From Takakia lepidozioides (lineage: Eukaryota; Plantae; Bryophyta), in NCBI GenBank assembly GCA_030704615.1, contig CM060731.1, positions 35,340,001 to 35,404,000 of the forward strand: DNA of 64,000 nucleotides, given 5' to 3'. The notes beneath the pieces are model-generated. The model was not told the origin of the DNA and searched no databases. It saw only the letters and a list, made by a program, of their open reading frames with translations. Below, one piece after another: positions 46,799-58,446 of this stretch. The first letter of the stretch is position 1, and every line of letters starts with the position of its first letter. The position numbers and the translations under genes are program-made.

Positions 46799-49215
46799 GG
46801 TTCAAGTACCGAGACTTAATAAAATGTATTTTGGTTTTGCTTCCATCCCCAAACTGTTTTTCAAGATCTTTGCACGTTCCCGTAAGTACAGTTAGGGATT
46901 GCCTGGGGTAGGTCTTCAGATTCCGACATTGAAAAATGTTTGTGGGTTGGAATGAATGAACTACTTTGCAAAAAAAAAGGTTTGCTGTTAATATTCAATT
47001 CTCTAGCGGACGATCTCCTCATTCAAAAATCTTGTCCTCGATCCTAAACCATCCACAAACCTACCATTGTTCTCGGTCGGAAAGGATATTCATGTGGGGG
47101 CAATGAAAGAGACATATGCGACAACCGATCCGCGGTAATAGGGGGGGGGGGGGGGGGGAGCACGGAATTAGGACCTGCACACGTGGATGATTGCTGACGT
47201 GGCGTGAGCCTAGCCATGCTCACATGCTCACGCGGCCAGGCTCACGCGCAAGCATTCCCAAGGCAAGAGGTAGCGAGGAGGCCAGGGGTGTCGAAATGAC
47301 ACATGCCCATGTAAGCGGGGGACGCACAGAGACGGTGGATCCCTCCAAGATACCACAAACAGGCAGTAACACACCGGCTTTATTTTCAAACAGAAGACAG
47401 GGAAGAACAATGATAGGAGCCAAAGAACCTAAGTGTGGTCCTCCCCATCCAAGACTTTCCTTTGTTTTGGTCATTTATGTAGAGCAACAGCTCTTATCTT
47501 CATGAAATATTGTCAATATGTACCCCCTCGGTCCAGATCTTTGATCCATACCACAACAAACAAATGTAGCCTTTTGCAGTTTCATATCCAAGACAAAAAT
47601 ATCTTCCCCTAGGCTATGATACCCACCTAAGGCCTTAAAGTTCTCCCAAGGTCATTTCCCTTGATTTAATACGATTTACTGTATATATAAATAAAAGACA
47701 AGGTTGACCTTGTCGGTGTGGTATGATTTTCTCCCCCACCTCCGGTCCCTGTGTTGAGCAGTAGGCTCTGTAAATCATTGGATATCAAAGAAAATTTACC
47801 TTTATCTTTATCAAATAGGTTATTTTATCCTCACTGTATTCGTGAGAAGTAGCTTCTCTTTTTGAAAGTGTTAGGTGTCTACCTATCGTAATTGGTCTTA
47901 ATGACAACCTTTATATGCTTCCAATTGATATCAGACTTGTCAAACTCTAGGGATGCCGAAAAGGAGGGACCAACAAGATTTCGGCCCTCTTTCCTTTGAA
48001 GAATAAAAATAATATGATAGCTTCGGCAACACTCCGCCGTTCTTCTTCCGGAAAACAATGAAATATGGGTTGTATGTATGTAACACCATGGGGATCTCAA
48101 ACCTTGGCGACCACGCCTCTGCCTCCCCCAGATTATCATAATCACTACCACTAGGAGGACCCAATGAAACAACAAGGGCTGGAACACAAGCAGCATGCTC
48201 AGGAAGAGACGACGCTGGCAAGCAACAATGCCAGGCCGCGCGCCGTCGGTAGTGTTAGTAACAACAAGAGTGTCAACAGGGTGAGAAACAACGGATATTT
48301 GTGGCATTTGTTGTGAATTCCAATGAACAATGATTTATGATTCTTAGTTAAATTCCCTTGGATAGGCCACTAGAGGAGCAACAATGACAACACCAGCAAA
48401 ATTAGAAGTGGCAGCAGGGTCAGTCTCTACACTAGGATCAGCCTCGATAGCAAGTGCCACGCTAATCTGAAGGAACAGGCTCTCTCCCTCTTTGCGAGCT
48501 ACACAAGACAAATCACGAACTGTAGCCATCCCCTGCAATCACACCCCAACGCACATCGTGAGACGGCAAAATCACAGCAGCGGGAGAAAATAGGGCAAAA
48601 CGAGGAGCCGCCATCGATAACACGTATTAGCGAACCACTTAGGCAGCAGGACGTAGAGCAAATCTCGTGAAGGACCTAACTGATCCAGATAGCGCGGGTA
48701 GGATCCACCACGCCTAGAGTACTCGATGTCTCCACCATAAAACAAGCCTGAAGCATATACTCCTTTCCTCTCAAGAAGTGAAGTTGCACAACAAAGGGGC
48801 GAGCGGAAAGAGCAAGCAACGCGCGAGAGGAGGATCCAATACACGAATCAGACACTAAGCAGCTCTCATCCAAAAACTTGTACACCAAAATCACATATAC
48901 AGCAACACCCGAGTACAAGGTCAAGGCGCCGTCTTTATACAAAAGCCCTAACCCTCGTGGCCCGCCGCGTGGCGAGGCTTTATAGGCCCAAGCGCCCACG
49001 GTGTTGCCTTGCAGCCCTAGATCTAATGAAGGGCCAGGATCAAGCCACCGGCCTAAACTAACCCTAACCTATACATTATTGTAACAGATTAACGGCTTTA
49101 TACGTCAAAAATATACTATGAATGTGTATCGCCGTTTTGGATGAAACGGGTCATTTCCAGGCGTAAGCAAGTATGGGGCTTTACAACCCTAGCCCAGAAG
49201 AGAGAAACAGGCTCT

Positions 49216-50018
49216 GAATTTCCGTGTGGCCTCGTCGTAATGAGGCTAGTCGGGCAGTGGGGCCGCTACCTCATTAAGGGCCGTACCACACTATCGGCAC
49301 ACCAACGGCACTGACGTGGATGTTGCAGGCTAGGGATTGTTGGATGATATAGGTCCATGTCACCAAGCGGCAATGAATCGGCTACCACACTATAGGCGTG
49401 TGGTGGAGACTTGTGGACACCACACTATAGCATAAGCCCAGCGGAAAAAAAAAAATCGCAACTACCTTGTCTTTCATTCTAAAAATAACCAATTCCTAGA
49501 AACGTGTCGCGGGAGAATTGTGTCAGGACAAAGTGTCTTCCTAAAATTGTGGATTTCCAGGGGACACTGCCTGGAAATCCGTATTTTTAGGGAATGTGAC
49601 ACGTAGGCGCCAAGTAGGAGCCATGTGAACGCCTCTCGCCGGCAGCAGCGCTAGTGTGGTAGGCAGAGCGGCACACTGCCCTCAGGGTCCGAAATTGAGT
49701 GCCGTTGCCCCTCTTGCCGCTAGTGTGGTACTAACATAGGCCCAAACTACCTGCATGCCTCAAGGACTTAGATTTTTTGGGCTTACGAAATTTATGACTA
49801 CCTTCATGCATGTAAAAATGTGTTGAATTATCCTCAATTTACAAATTACCTCCGTGTAGGTAGTTATGATCAGCATCAATCAACCCGCAACCTCCAGGAC
49901 AATCAGGCCATCACTCTACGGCCAAGCTACATCCTCGTCACCTGCCACTGAACTATCGTTTTTTGCTGTCAGGTCTCTGCCTCGTGTGGCCTCGTTACGA
50001 TGAGGCCACACAAATTTC
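49216..50018. mobile_element. Nested MITE-like inverted-repeat elements (inner pair PIF/Harbinger-like)
   Basis: GTACCACACTA(T/G)CGGCA..CAACGGCACT at 49283 pairs with its reverse complement ending at 49731. Inner CTACCACACTA (49382) pairs with TAGTGTGGTAG (49652). Outer pair 49216-49246 / 49989-50018. Confidence 0.55.
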
Positions 50019-50467
50019 GGGAGGCGAGAGACTGACTTACCGTACGTTAGAAGGGCTTGTGTCGCGTGGCGGCAGGCACTATCCCATCTGTGTCTGGGAC
50101 ATAGTAGCCTAGTGCCGAGGTACCGGTGGTGGTGGAGGGGCGGTGAAGCAAGTTCAACTCATCATGTTTTCATAGGCGTTGTAGCTTGTCAGGAGGAGAA
50201 ACAATAAGAACGATATTGAGGATAGGCTCTCAGAGACATTTGTACAGCCATATAAGCTCATGTCCGAAGATCTGCAACTGGGTCGAGGAAGGAGGAAGGA
50301 AGACCCGCGACGCGCCATCAAGTTCGAAGCATCTAACCTCGCAACTTCCGTTTTGAGGTTATTCGAATGCAATCAGGTTCCGAAACATCTTACACATCCA
50401 GTTTTGGAGACACATTGCGTTCTCGCTTCCATTTTAGACCCCAAAAAAAAGGGAACTGCCAGAAAGC

Positions 50468-52392
50468 ATGGGTATCGTCGTAGCTGAGCCAATTTCGAAG
50501 ATCCAAGTGATCTTGAAAGACCCAACTGTAGTTGTTCCAGATGTGCCTACCAAAAATCATGTGATGTATCTTAGCAAACATCGATCAGACCGTGGCTACT
50601 ACACAACACCTTATTTACGTGTATCGTGCCAATCGTACCAAAAACCATGACAATCTAGCAAAAGCGATAAGAGAGGCACTTTCCAAGTTACTTGTCCCGT
50701 ACTACCCTCTAGCAGGAAGGCTTCAGATCAATTTGGAGGGGAGACTCGAAGTCAACTGTAATGGCAAAGGGGCCGTGTTTGTGGAAGCTGAGGCAATGCA
50801 CCATATCTTACTTGGGAAAATATACTGAGTTTTGGCAAGCCTGATCCGTAGTTGATATTGCGACTGGTCTACTTAGTTCCAGAGGCAATGAATCAGGAGG
50901 GCATAAATCAGCTACTTGTGACCCCACCGTTGGTTGTCCAGGTAAAGTCTCATAACTGAAGCCTTTTAGTTGGCACCATGTATGCATGTAAGTAGTGCGA
51001 GTTTTGAAACTTCCGGCATTACAGTGTTTTAAACCTTCCTGAATAGAGTAAATTTTGATTGATTGATATTTGGATATGATGCATCTTTCCTCAAATGCTT
51101 GTGCACATTGTAATCGAGGTCCAATTGGTGATTCTAGACGACGACCCAACAAGTTTTTTAAATTCGATATAATATGTCACAATAATGTGCTCAATACTGC
51201 ATGTCTGAGTCCTCAAAGTTGAATTCAGAAAGAGCTAAGTTTGGGTTGAATCGTTGAATCCCCCTCTGTGCCAGCAGATGACAAGGTTCAGGTGTGGTGG
51301 ATTCGTCTTGGGCTTAGGCGTCAGCCATGCGCTTGTGGACGGCACCGCAGCCATGCAGTTTACAAATGCTTGGGCTGCTATAGCGCGTGGAGACAGTACC
51401 CCATTGAAAACTCCATTCTTGGACCGTACAATCCTTCGCCCACGATCTCCGCTTCAGATTGACTTCCCACACCACGAATGCGACGAGATAGTCGATCTGT
51501 CAAATGATCTCTCGGATGATGATTTTGTATACCACATTTTCAATTTCACCAGTGAAACCTTCGGAGAGTTGAGACGACAGATATTGGAAAAGCCTGGGGG
51601 TTATGTGAGCAAGTGCTCCACTTTCGAGACGCTCGCAGCTCATGTTTGGCGCGCACGCACCAAAGCACTTGGAATGGAGCCATCCCAGAAAACCAGACTC
51701 CTCGTGCCAGTTGATGTGCGTTCAAAGTTTGTGCCGCCCATTCCGTCCGACTATCCCAGTCACCGTGAATGTCCTGAGAGACTTAGGAGAACGTCGTTTC
51801 TGACGTTCCTGCTGCAAAAAAAAAGAAACGTAGGGAAAACGTTTAGGTTTGGATGATAATTGTTTCATCCAAAATTTGACTAGATGAAAAATCGGGCAAC
51901 AAACCCTAGAGCTCTGCTAGAACAGATTCTGTCGAAATCAGGCAACCACGTTCGTTGCTCATGCCGTTTTCTGTTACGTTTTCTAATTTCCTTTCTATGA
52001 GAACGCCCGTTTTTTACGTTTTCAAGCGTAGATTTTGTGAACTTGTTGCCGACTATGTTGGTAACTCATTTTATGTCGCTTACGCTATGACCACAGCTTA
52101 TGAGCTCCTATCCAAGCCTCTGTCTTATGCAGTGAGGCTTATACAAGAAGGGATTGTTTTGGTCACAGACAAATACTTGAGATCCGCAATTGACTACCTT
52201 CAGTTCTTGAAGATGAGGCCATCTTTGATGGATTTGCCGTTTGTGATTTCCAAATGGTCCAGATTGGCGTTCTACGAGGCTGACTTTGGGTGGGGAAAGC
52301 CAATTTACTGTGGACCTGTCACTCGAGGGCGTGAGACATCAAGCATTTTCTTTACAATGCCTGAAGGAAATGAGGGGGAAAGAATTTGAAGC
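50468..52392 (+). pseudogene. BAHD acyltransferase (feruloyl-transferase/FHT-like clade) pseudogene
   Basis: '[16 protein letters not shown]', conserved Q-intron (50942-51277), HXXXD 'HALVD', 'EADFGWGKP'. Frameshifts at ~50578 and ~50800; insertion at 51755-52048. Confidence 0.9.
51755..52048. mobile_element. 294-bp non-autonomous insertion with 8-bp target-site duplication
   Basis: CCGACTAT at 51747-51754 and 52049-52056. Removing the insert restores BAHD 'PPIPSDYVGNSFY'. Confidence 0.85.
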
Positions 52393-52764
52393 TGATGATA
52401 GGACTGCCTCAAAGAGTTATGGAGAAGTTTGAAGAGGCAATACGACTGCCTCCGAGGGTTGTGGATAAGTTTGAAGAGACAATACGTCATCGGATTCAGA
52501 GCAGCTTGTAAGATTGTCTCGCAAGTACTAGGATCTTGCAGCTCCCCCTTGCTAGGTAGGACACGAATTCTGAGAACAACGTCCAGATTCAAAGGACCTT
52601 ACACCGTGTCAAGGCACTGCTTGGGTGTGTTGTACGGTAGAGAGAGACACTGAAAACAAAGGGTCAACCACAGAGACAGCCAAACAAAGAAGGGGCTGGA
52701 GCAAAAAATGAAGAACACATAGCGATAGTGTGTTGGGGGCTAGAAGAGCAAAACCTGCATGTAC

Positions 52765-52930
52765 CTGTGGATCTCCTGCCCTTGTGCAAGGTGGAAATAA
52801 AATATGGGTGAACCCGGCAACCTTGAACTCTGTTGCAAGATCTATCATTCTTTCATAAAACATTTTCCCATCTACTTGGAGGTGGGATTTCCAACCAAAT
52901 GCCTGGAATATATAACCTGGTTTGGAAGGC
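52765..52930 (-). pseudogene. Alpha-amylase (GH13)-like first catalytic-domain exon, orphaned
   Basis: 'GYIFQAFGWKSH...FYERMIDLATEFKVAGFTHILFPPCTRAGDPQ|GT' resembles the plant AMY pattern 'FQGFNWES...WY...GFT..WLPP...PQGY'. No downstream exons found. Confidence 0.6.
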
Positions 52931-54846
52931 ATCTTAGGTTTCATTTCAGTGATTAAAGATTCACTCCATTGTACTCGAAGTTTCTCCAAGCTTAGCGCAT
53001 TCCTAACCACCAGTTGGTGCTGCCGAATATGGGACCTCCTTGGGTGCAACTCATTGCTGTCAAGCTGCTGGAAAAATGGGGCAACAATCTGAACCCTTCG
53101 CACTCATCCTCCTCCTGTCTGAGCCCTTTGCTTCAAAGAGTGCTTGAAAACTGAGACAATGAACTGAGTGCGGAACATCCCTCCGATCATGTACAACCTT
53201 GCTGTCACTTCCGTAAATAAAACTGTTCTTCGAACCTCTAGTATTGGGCATGTTGTGCATTGATGCCCAAACCCGACAGCACAAAGCTGGGAGAAGTTTC
53301 TGCCACAAGATTACTCTTTGCAGCAACAACAGTAGACTAGCTATCAGAAGTTGCTCTCAGACTAATGCAGTCCTAGTCAGCAGGTAAGCCAGGGAAAGTT
53401 ATAGCCGTTGTTGTCTGAGTTGCTATGAGGTGTAAAAACCCACACTCAGGTAAGAGGAGACTTCTACAGAGGCTGTACTTGTAAGGTCCTTGGTGAAGAT
53501 CAGCATGGTTGTGCTTTTACTGCAGTTTCTAACACCAGAGAGCACAAAGCCAGGGATTGGAGGCAGTAAGCTGGTTAACAGTTAATAATGAGGTAAGCAA
53601 GTCACAGATTGCAATAGTTCTAGTGCCAGATAAGCATCTCAAATAACTTGCAATGTGATGCAAATCTGCAATAGCAGTTGTTGAAGGTAGCACTCCACTT
53701 CTGGTGAATACGTCTGCTTGTTTTTTCTTGTCAGTGCCTCTATCTACTCGGAAGAAGCTGGTGTTCAGGACAAGAATTGGCAAGACAAGTCCCCAAATCT
53801 CTTTCTGAAGCACCTGCGGGAACAGCAACTGTACCCACATTTCACTGACAAAATAGTTCAGATTGATATACTTTGGTGAAGAAAGAGTTTCTCCCATTTG
53901 ATGGCTGACATTCATTTGAGGACATAAGGTCCTGATACACAAGTGGGTCAGGAACCAGAGAAAACTGCCTGAGTGCGGCCAATGCAGAAGTGATCGGTCA
54001 AATTGCCTCTTAGGATTTAATGCAAACTCATTGAGAGCGATGGAGAACTTGGCCTTCTTGAGGAGAATCATCTTCCGGGACAGATTCAGATCTCTACCAC
54101 ACCATGACCTACCAGGAAGCACATTGATGGACGTCCCAGATTGTAGCCCATGCAGGCTCACCAACTTGCTGGCTCAGACTACCTAGCCCTTTTCTCTTCA
54201 GATAGGGAATTTCACCACACTTTTGGCCACTATTTGATCTGCCTCCATGGTGAAAGAAGGATTCCGAAACAAGGTCAACAAGGGATAGAGAGACATACAG
54301 ATGTACCTCACCTCAGTATATAGCAGAGAATCCTGACGGAGCAGGGCAGGAACAGTCTGATCTATGGGCGAAATAGAACTGACCTGTACAATCTCCTCGT
54401 AGATTCTTCGCTGAAGTCTCTTCTTCTTCCTCACAACTTGAATGTGGACGGAGTGAGGGCCCTTGCACTTTGTGTATCCCCTTCTCCAGTGCTCCGAGAA
54501 GTGAAGGTCTGCTGGCAAAACATAATTTTTTGGACTCATAATCTGCAAGTGTTTCCATGTGAGATCGGTGTGTGAAACCCCTCCGCGCTCAAGCACGCAT
54601 GGCCATCATCTCCCGGTTATTGGACAAGGTGAAAAAACATTGATGTTGATGACGTGGCTACTAAACGTGACGACGTTGACAACGATGACGTGGCACTATA
54701 GCACCTTATTCATGCTCTATGCTAAACTAGCTTTCGACCTTTGGTTGTCGTTAGAATTGGAAGCCCATCAAGTCCGAGGGGCTTTACCAAAACGTAAAAC
54801 GCTGGCAAATTTTTTTCTTTGTAATTCAAGGAGACTCCCTGGCCGC

Positions 54847-54987
54847 AAGGTTCCCCCTATTTACGGGAAGTACCTTCCGCTTTTGGAAGGGTCCCCCAAT
54901 TTGCGGGAAGTACCTCCCGCGTGTGGAAGGGTCCCCCGATTTGCGGGAAGTACCTCCCGCGTGTGGAAGGGTCCCCCGATTTGCGGG
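54847..54987. repeat. 40-bp tandem repeat, ~3.5 copies
   Basis: AAGGGTCCCCCGATTTGCGGGAAGTACCTCCCGCGTGTGG repeated. Confidence 0.85.
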
Positions 54988-55059
54988 GCAAGGAGCGGGA
55001 AAGAAAAATTTCCCGTTTTTCACGTTGGGGAAGGGTCGTTCCCACGGCCCTTCCTGAAT

Positions 55060-56100
55060 ACTGAGAGACTATTCCTCCATCATCCTGAAAGGTGCATTAA
55101 GGGCAGAGGGATCTTCCTCTTCCTCAGACAGAAGGTTTGGAATGGAAGATAAGGCGTGCGAAAGAGCAGCAGAGTCATCCTGAGAGGTGGGAGGTTTGGA
55201 GAAGAGATTCTTGAAGAAATCTGCAGCGGATGCTGCCATGATCATGGTAGGCCACCAGCGTTTTTGAGTTGCACGATAGTGTTAGCCATGCTTCTCTGCT
55301 TGGCTTTAAGAAAAAAGTACTTGGTCATTTTCTCACCGGCAAGCGACCAGTCAACACCGGCTTTAAGCCTCAGGGAGTCAGCCAGGTTGGATTTGGCCAA
55401 GGAGTAAGAGACCAAGGTTTGAGGACCAGCGGAGCCTTGTTCAAGGAGCTTCTGACAGAGAGCGAGGCACTTGACCAGATTATTTCCCTGGTGTTTAGAG
55501 CATCCGCCGCTTGTCTTGAGAGCTGCTGACATAGCTTCGTAACCTCATAATCTTGTGGAGATATCTGACTGTGGGGGAGGCGATGGAAGAAGCTGCGAGA
55601 TTCCAGCAGTTAGATATAGCGGTAACAGCCTCCGAATTTTTAAGCATGGAGAGGTTTAATGAAAAAAACCCCTACCTCTAACCCTACAACCGGGGGTGAC
55701 ATAATTCAAGCTGATGGTAGCATGATCGAAATCTGGGGAATAGGGCCATGTGGAGTCCAAGAGATAATCGCAGGGGAACAGTGGAATCTGTCAAGTCTGG
55801 CCATGCGAACATCAAGGGGGGAGCGGCTGTTGGACCAGGTGAAGTGGAGATCCTTCCAGAGAGGGGAGGAGGCGTCCATGAGACCGACAGAAAGACAAAG
55901 GGCATCCCAGGAATTACGCTCTTCATCAGACAGGGGGTGTTCAGATGAACTTACCAGATCTACCTATCATCAGAGTTGTCAACCATATTAAAATCACCTC
56001 CCAGGATCCAATGGTCAACATCAGAGTAATTGAGCAGCTTAGATTTAAGAGAGTCGCACAACTGAATCCTGTGAGCAGAAGAATTCGGAGCATAGAACTT
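55060..56100 (-). mobile_element. LINE (L1-like) ORF2 fragment: AP endonuclease end and linker
   Basis: 'WILGGDFNMV', 'ARLDRFH', 'WSLAGEKMTKYFFLKAKQRSMANTIVQLKNAGG', with stops. Confidence 0.75.
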
Positions 56101-58446
56101 TTTTTGGGTTGTCAAGGAAAAAAAATCAGGCCCCTTGATTATAGTGAGAGGAGAAAGTAACCTCTTTCAAAGTAACCTCGCCATGAGGCACCGAGCACAA
56201 GGCTCAAAGGATATTGTCCAAGGAAGGGTTCCATAGTGAGTCTTGTTCTTCAGTCTCTTCACTCATAGTTGATTTGCGCTGGGGGTCATAGCCGCAATAC
56301 TAATATTCTGAACAAAAACCTAAAACCGTCCCCTTATTACACCACAAATCAACTCTGTGCCCTGCATTCACCTCTATCATATCACTTACAGCTCTCATAT
56401 TCAACAAACGCAAAACTGAAAGTGGTCACCATGTAGGTTGGTTATGTTGGATAAAGCCCACCCCTTTAAGAGATACCTGCAAGGGGAAAAGGCTCTAACT
56501 TATACTGGCTTGGGTTGGCATCATCTCTCTTTTTCTCATTGATTTGCTTTCCAATTGGAGAAAAAGGGCAACTCTCACTCACCATGGTGTGTGGTGTGTA
56601 ATTTGAGGGTTTTAATTCTTTTCCCTCCAAAAGAGATCACTAGATCAGCCAGTCATGTAGGACTTTTTGAGTCCTTGCGGGTTGTTTGGGCAAGCTTGTT
56701 GTCCAGGTCCTGCCATTAGAAGGTGCCCACTTTCTCAAAGAAAGCCAGCTGCCCATTCCGGATGAAGTAACACTGTAGTTTACACTAACTTAAGAACAAT
56801 CTTGGAACCTTTTTCCTCTCAATAGCTGGTTCACTCAACTTCAACAACCTCTCTTCTTTCAACTTTATTTTCAATTCTCAAGAGCCTTAATCTTTTCAGT
56901 TTCTGCTTCCTTCTGAACTTCTCAAGAGCCTCTACCTTATTCAATATTTCTTGAGGTCCTCCCTCAACCTCAACATCATTGGCAACACAGACACCTTTTC
57001 CACTTGCAATATCATCATCACCTAGAATTGTTCTTATCCCTTCCTAAGGAGACCTTAACTCTGATGTATTCCAGAGATAAAGGGAGATGTGCTGCACCAA
57101 GCACTGGTGGAGGTATCTCCACAATGCTTTGTTGAGTGGAGTTGCCACCCAATAGGATAAGAACCAACACATCTGGAAAGAGGCCTCCATTATCACCCGT
57201 CTGTACTCACAGGTAAGGTCTAAGATTAACAAAAAGAGAAAGGTGAAAATGCTCCTAGCCCACCAAGTTCCTCTGTAGTCCACCACCACGCCTTTGTTTG
57301 CCACATAGTTCACAATATCGAGTATGTTGAGGAATACCCACCACAAGGTGAGACCAACCCCCAGCAGCATTCTTCAACCTGTCACGTGGCCTTTTCACTA
57401 AGGGACATGGTCGCAGAGGAATCCGTGAACCTGGGAATCGCCATGAGGTAGTGATCCTTAGTAAACTTGATTATGGTCAGGAGCCTAGATACGGCTATGG
57501 CCAGCCACCACCAGTCTTCTGCTTGGCGTACGACCGGAATACAGAGCAGGCTATGGGCGTTTTGATGGGGTGCCTCCGCAAATGTATGGAGCTGGATTCA
57601 GACACTCGGGAGTAAGAATCTCCAGTGCCACTTGGTTCGGATTTTTTGATCTCTTTTTCATGGTGGATTGTTCTTGCTTGCACAACTATCGTGCAATTAT
57701 AAGATAATTTCTGTTCAGTGGTGACAGGAGATTTATTGAGAAGAATGTACTTGATTCGCGATCCTTCTGTATGGTGTTGATGGCCAGTCTTTACGAACTT
57801 GGCACATGCCAGAAGAGCACTTGACATCTTTAATCTTTCTCCGAAGCAAAGAGTTGCAGGTCACAAAACCGTCGAGGGAGCTACGATTGTTGAGGTGCTC
57901 ACTTGGCAGCCTTGCCTCAATGCAACGCACATGTCTGTTTACGAGAGAGGCTGCAACCCAATCTTGCACCAACATGCATGTGAGTGTGCAAGACACAAGA
58001 GATGCTCTCAGATGTCTGTCGCCTGTTATTTGCTTCGTAAACCTGTCACTGATCATTGAGAAACCAAGAAGTCAGACATGGAGAATTCAAGCAAATCGTC
58101 CCTACAAAGTGGGGTGCGAAACTTCTTCTAGCACCACACAGAGAGAGGCACACTTCTTTCTCTGTCTCTTTTTCTCTAGGCCTCCCTTCCTGCCTCAACC
58201 AAACTGGGTATGCAGCCTGTCTATGAAGTCAGTGCATCCCTCTGTCTCCATCATGTTACACAGCCAGGAAATTTCTCTATCAAAGTCACTGATGGAACCT
58301 ATCTAACCCAAACAGGAACAATAAGGAGAGGGCTCTGAAGCAGCCAGGACAGATGCAGGGTCCTAGTCCAAAAGAGCTTTTGGGCACAATATATTGAGCT
58401 TCACCTTACCCATGAGATGACTGAAGCTGCTATCTTACAAGCCTTG

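Noticed and set aside
47141-47158. G18 homopolymer (possible G-quadruplex)
   Set aside because: Simple run of unreliable length with no supporting context.
47700-49100. Short ORFs and a promoter-like GGCCCA/AACCCTAA cluster
   Set aside because: No recognisable protein or element boundary.
56200-58300. Degenerate coding-like or retroelement-like sequence
   Set aside because: No diagnostic motif could be identified.
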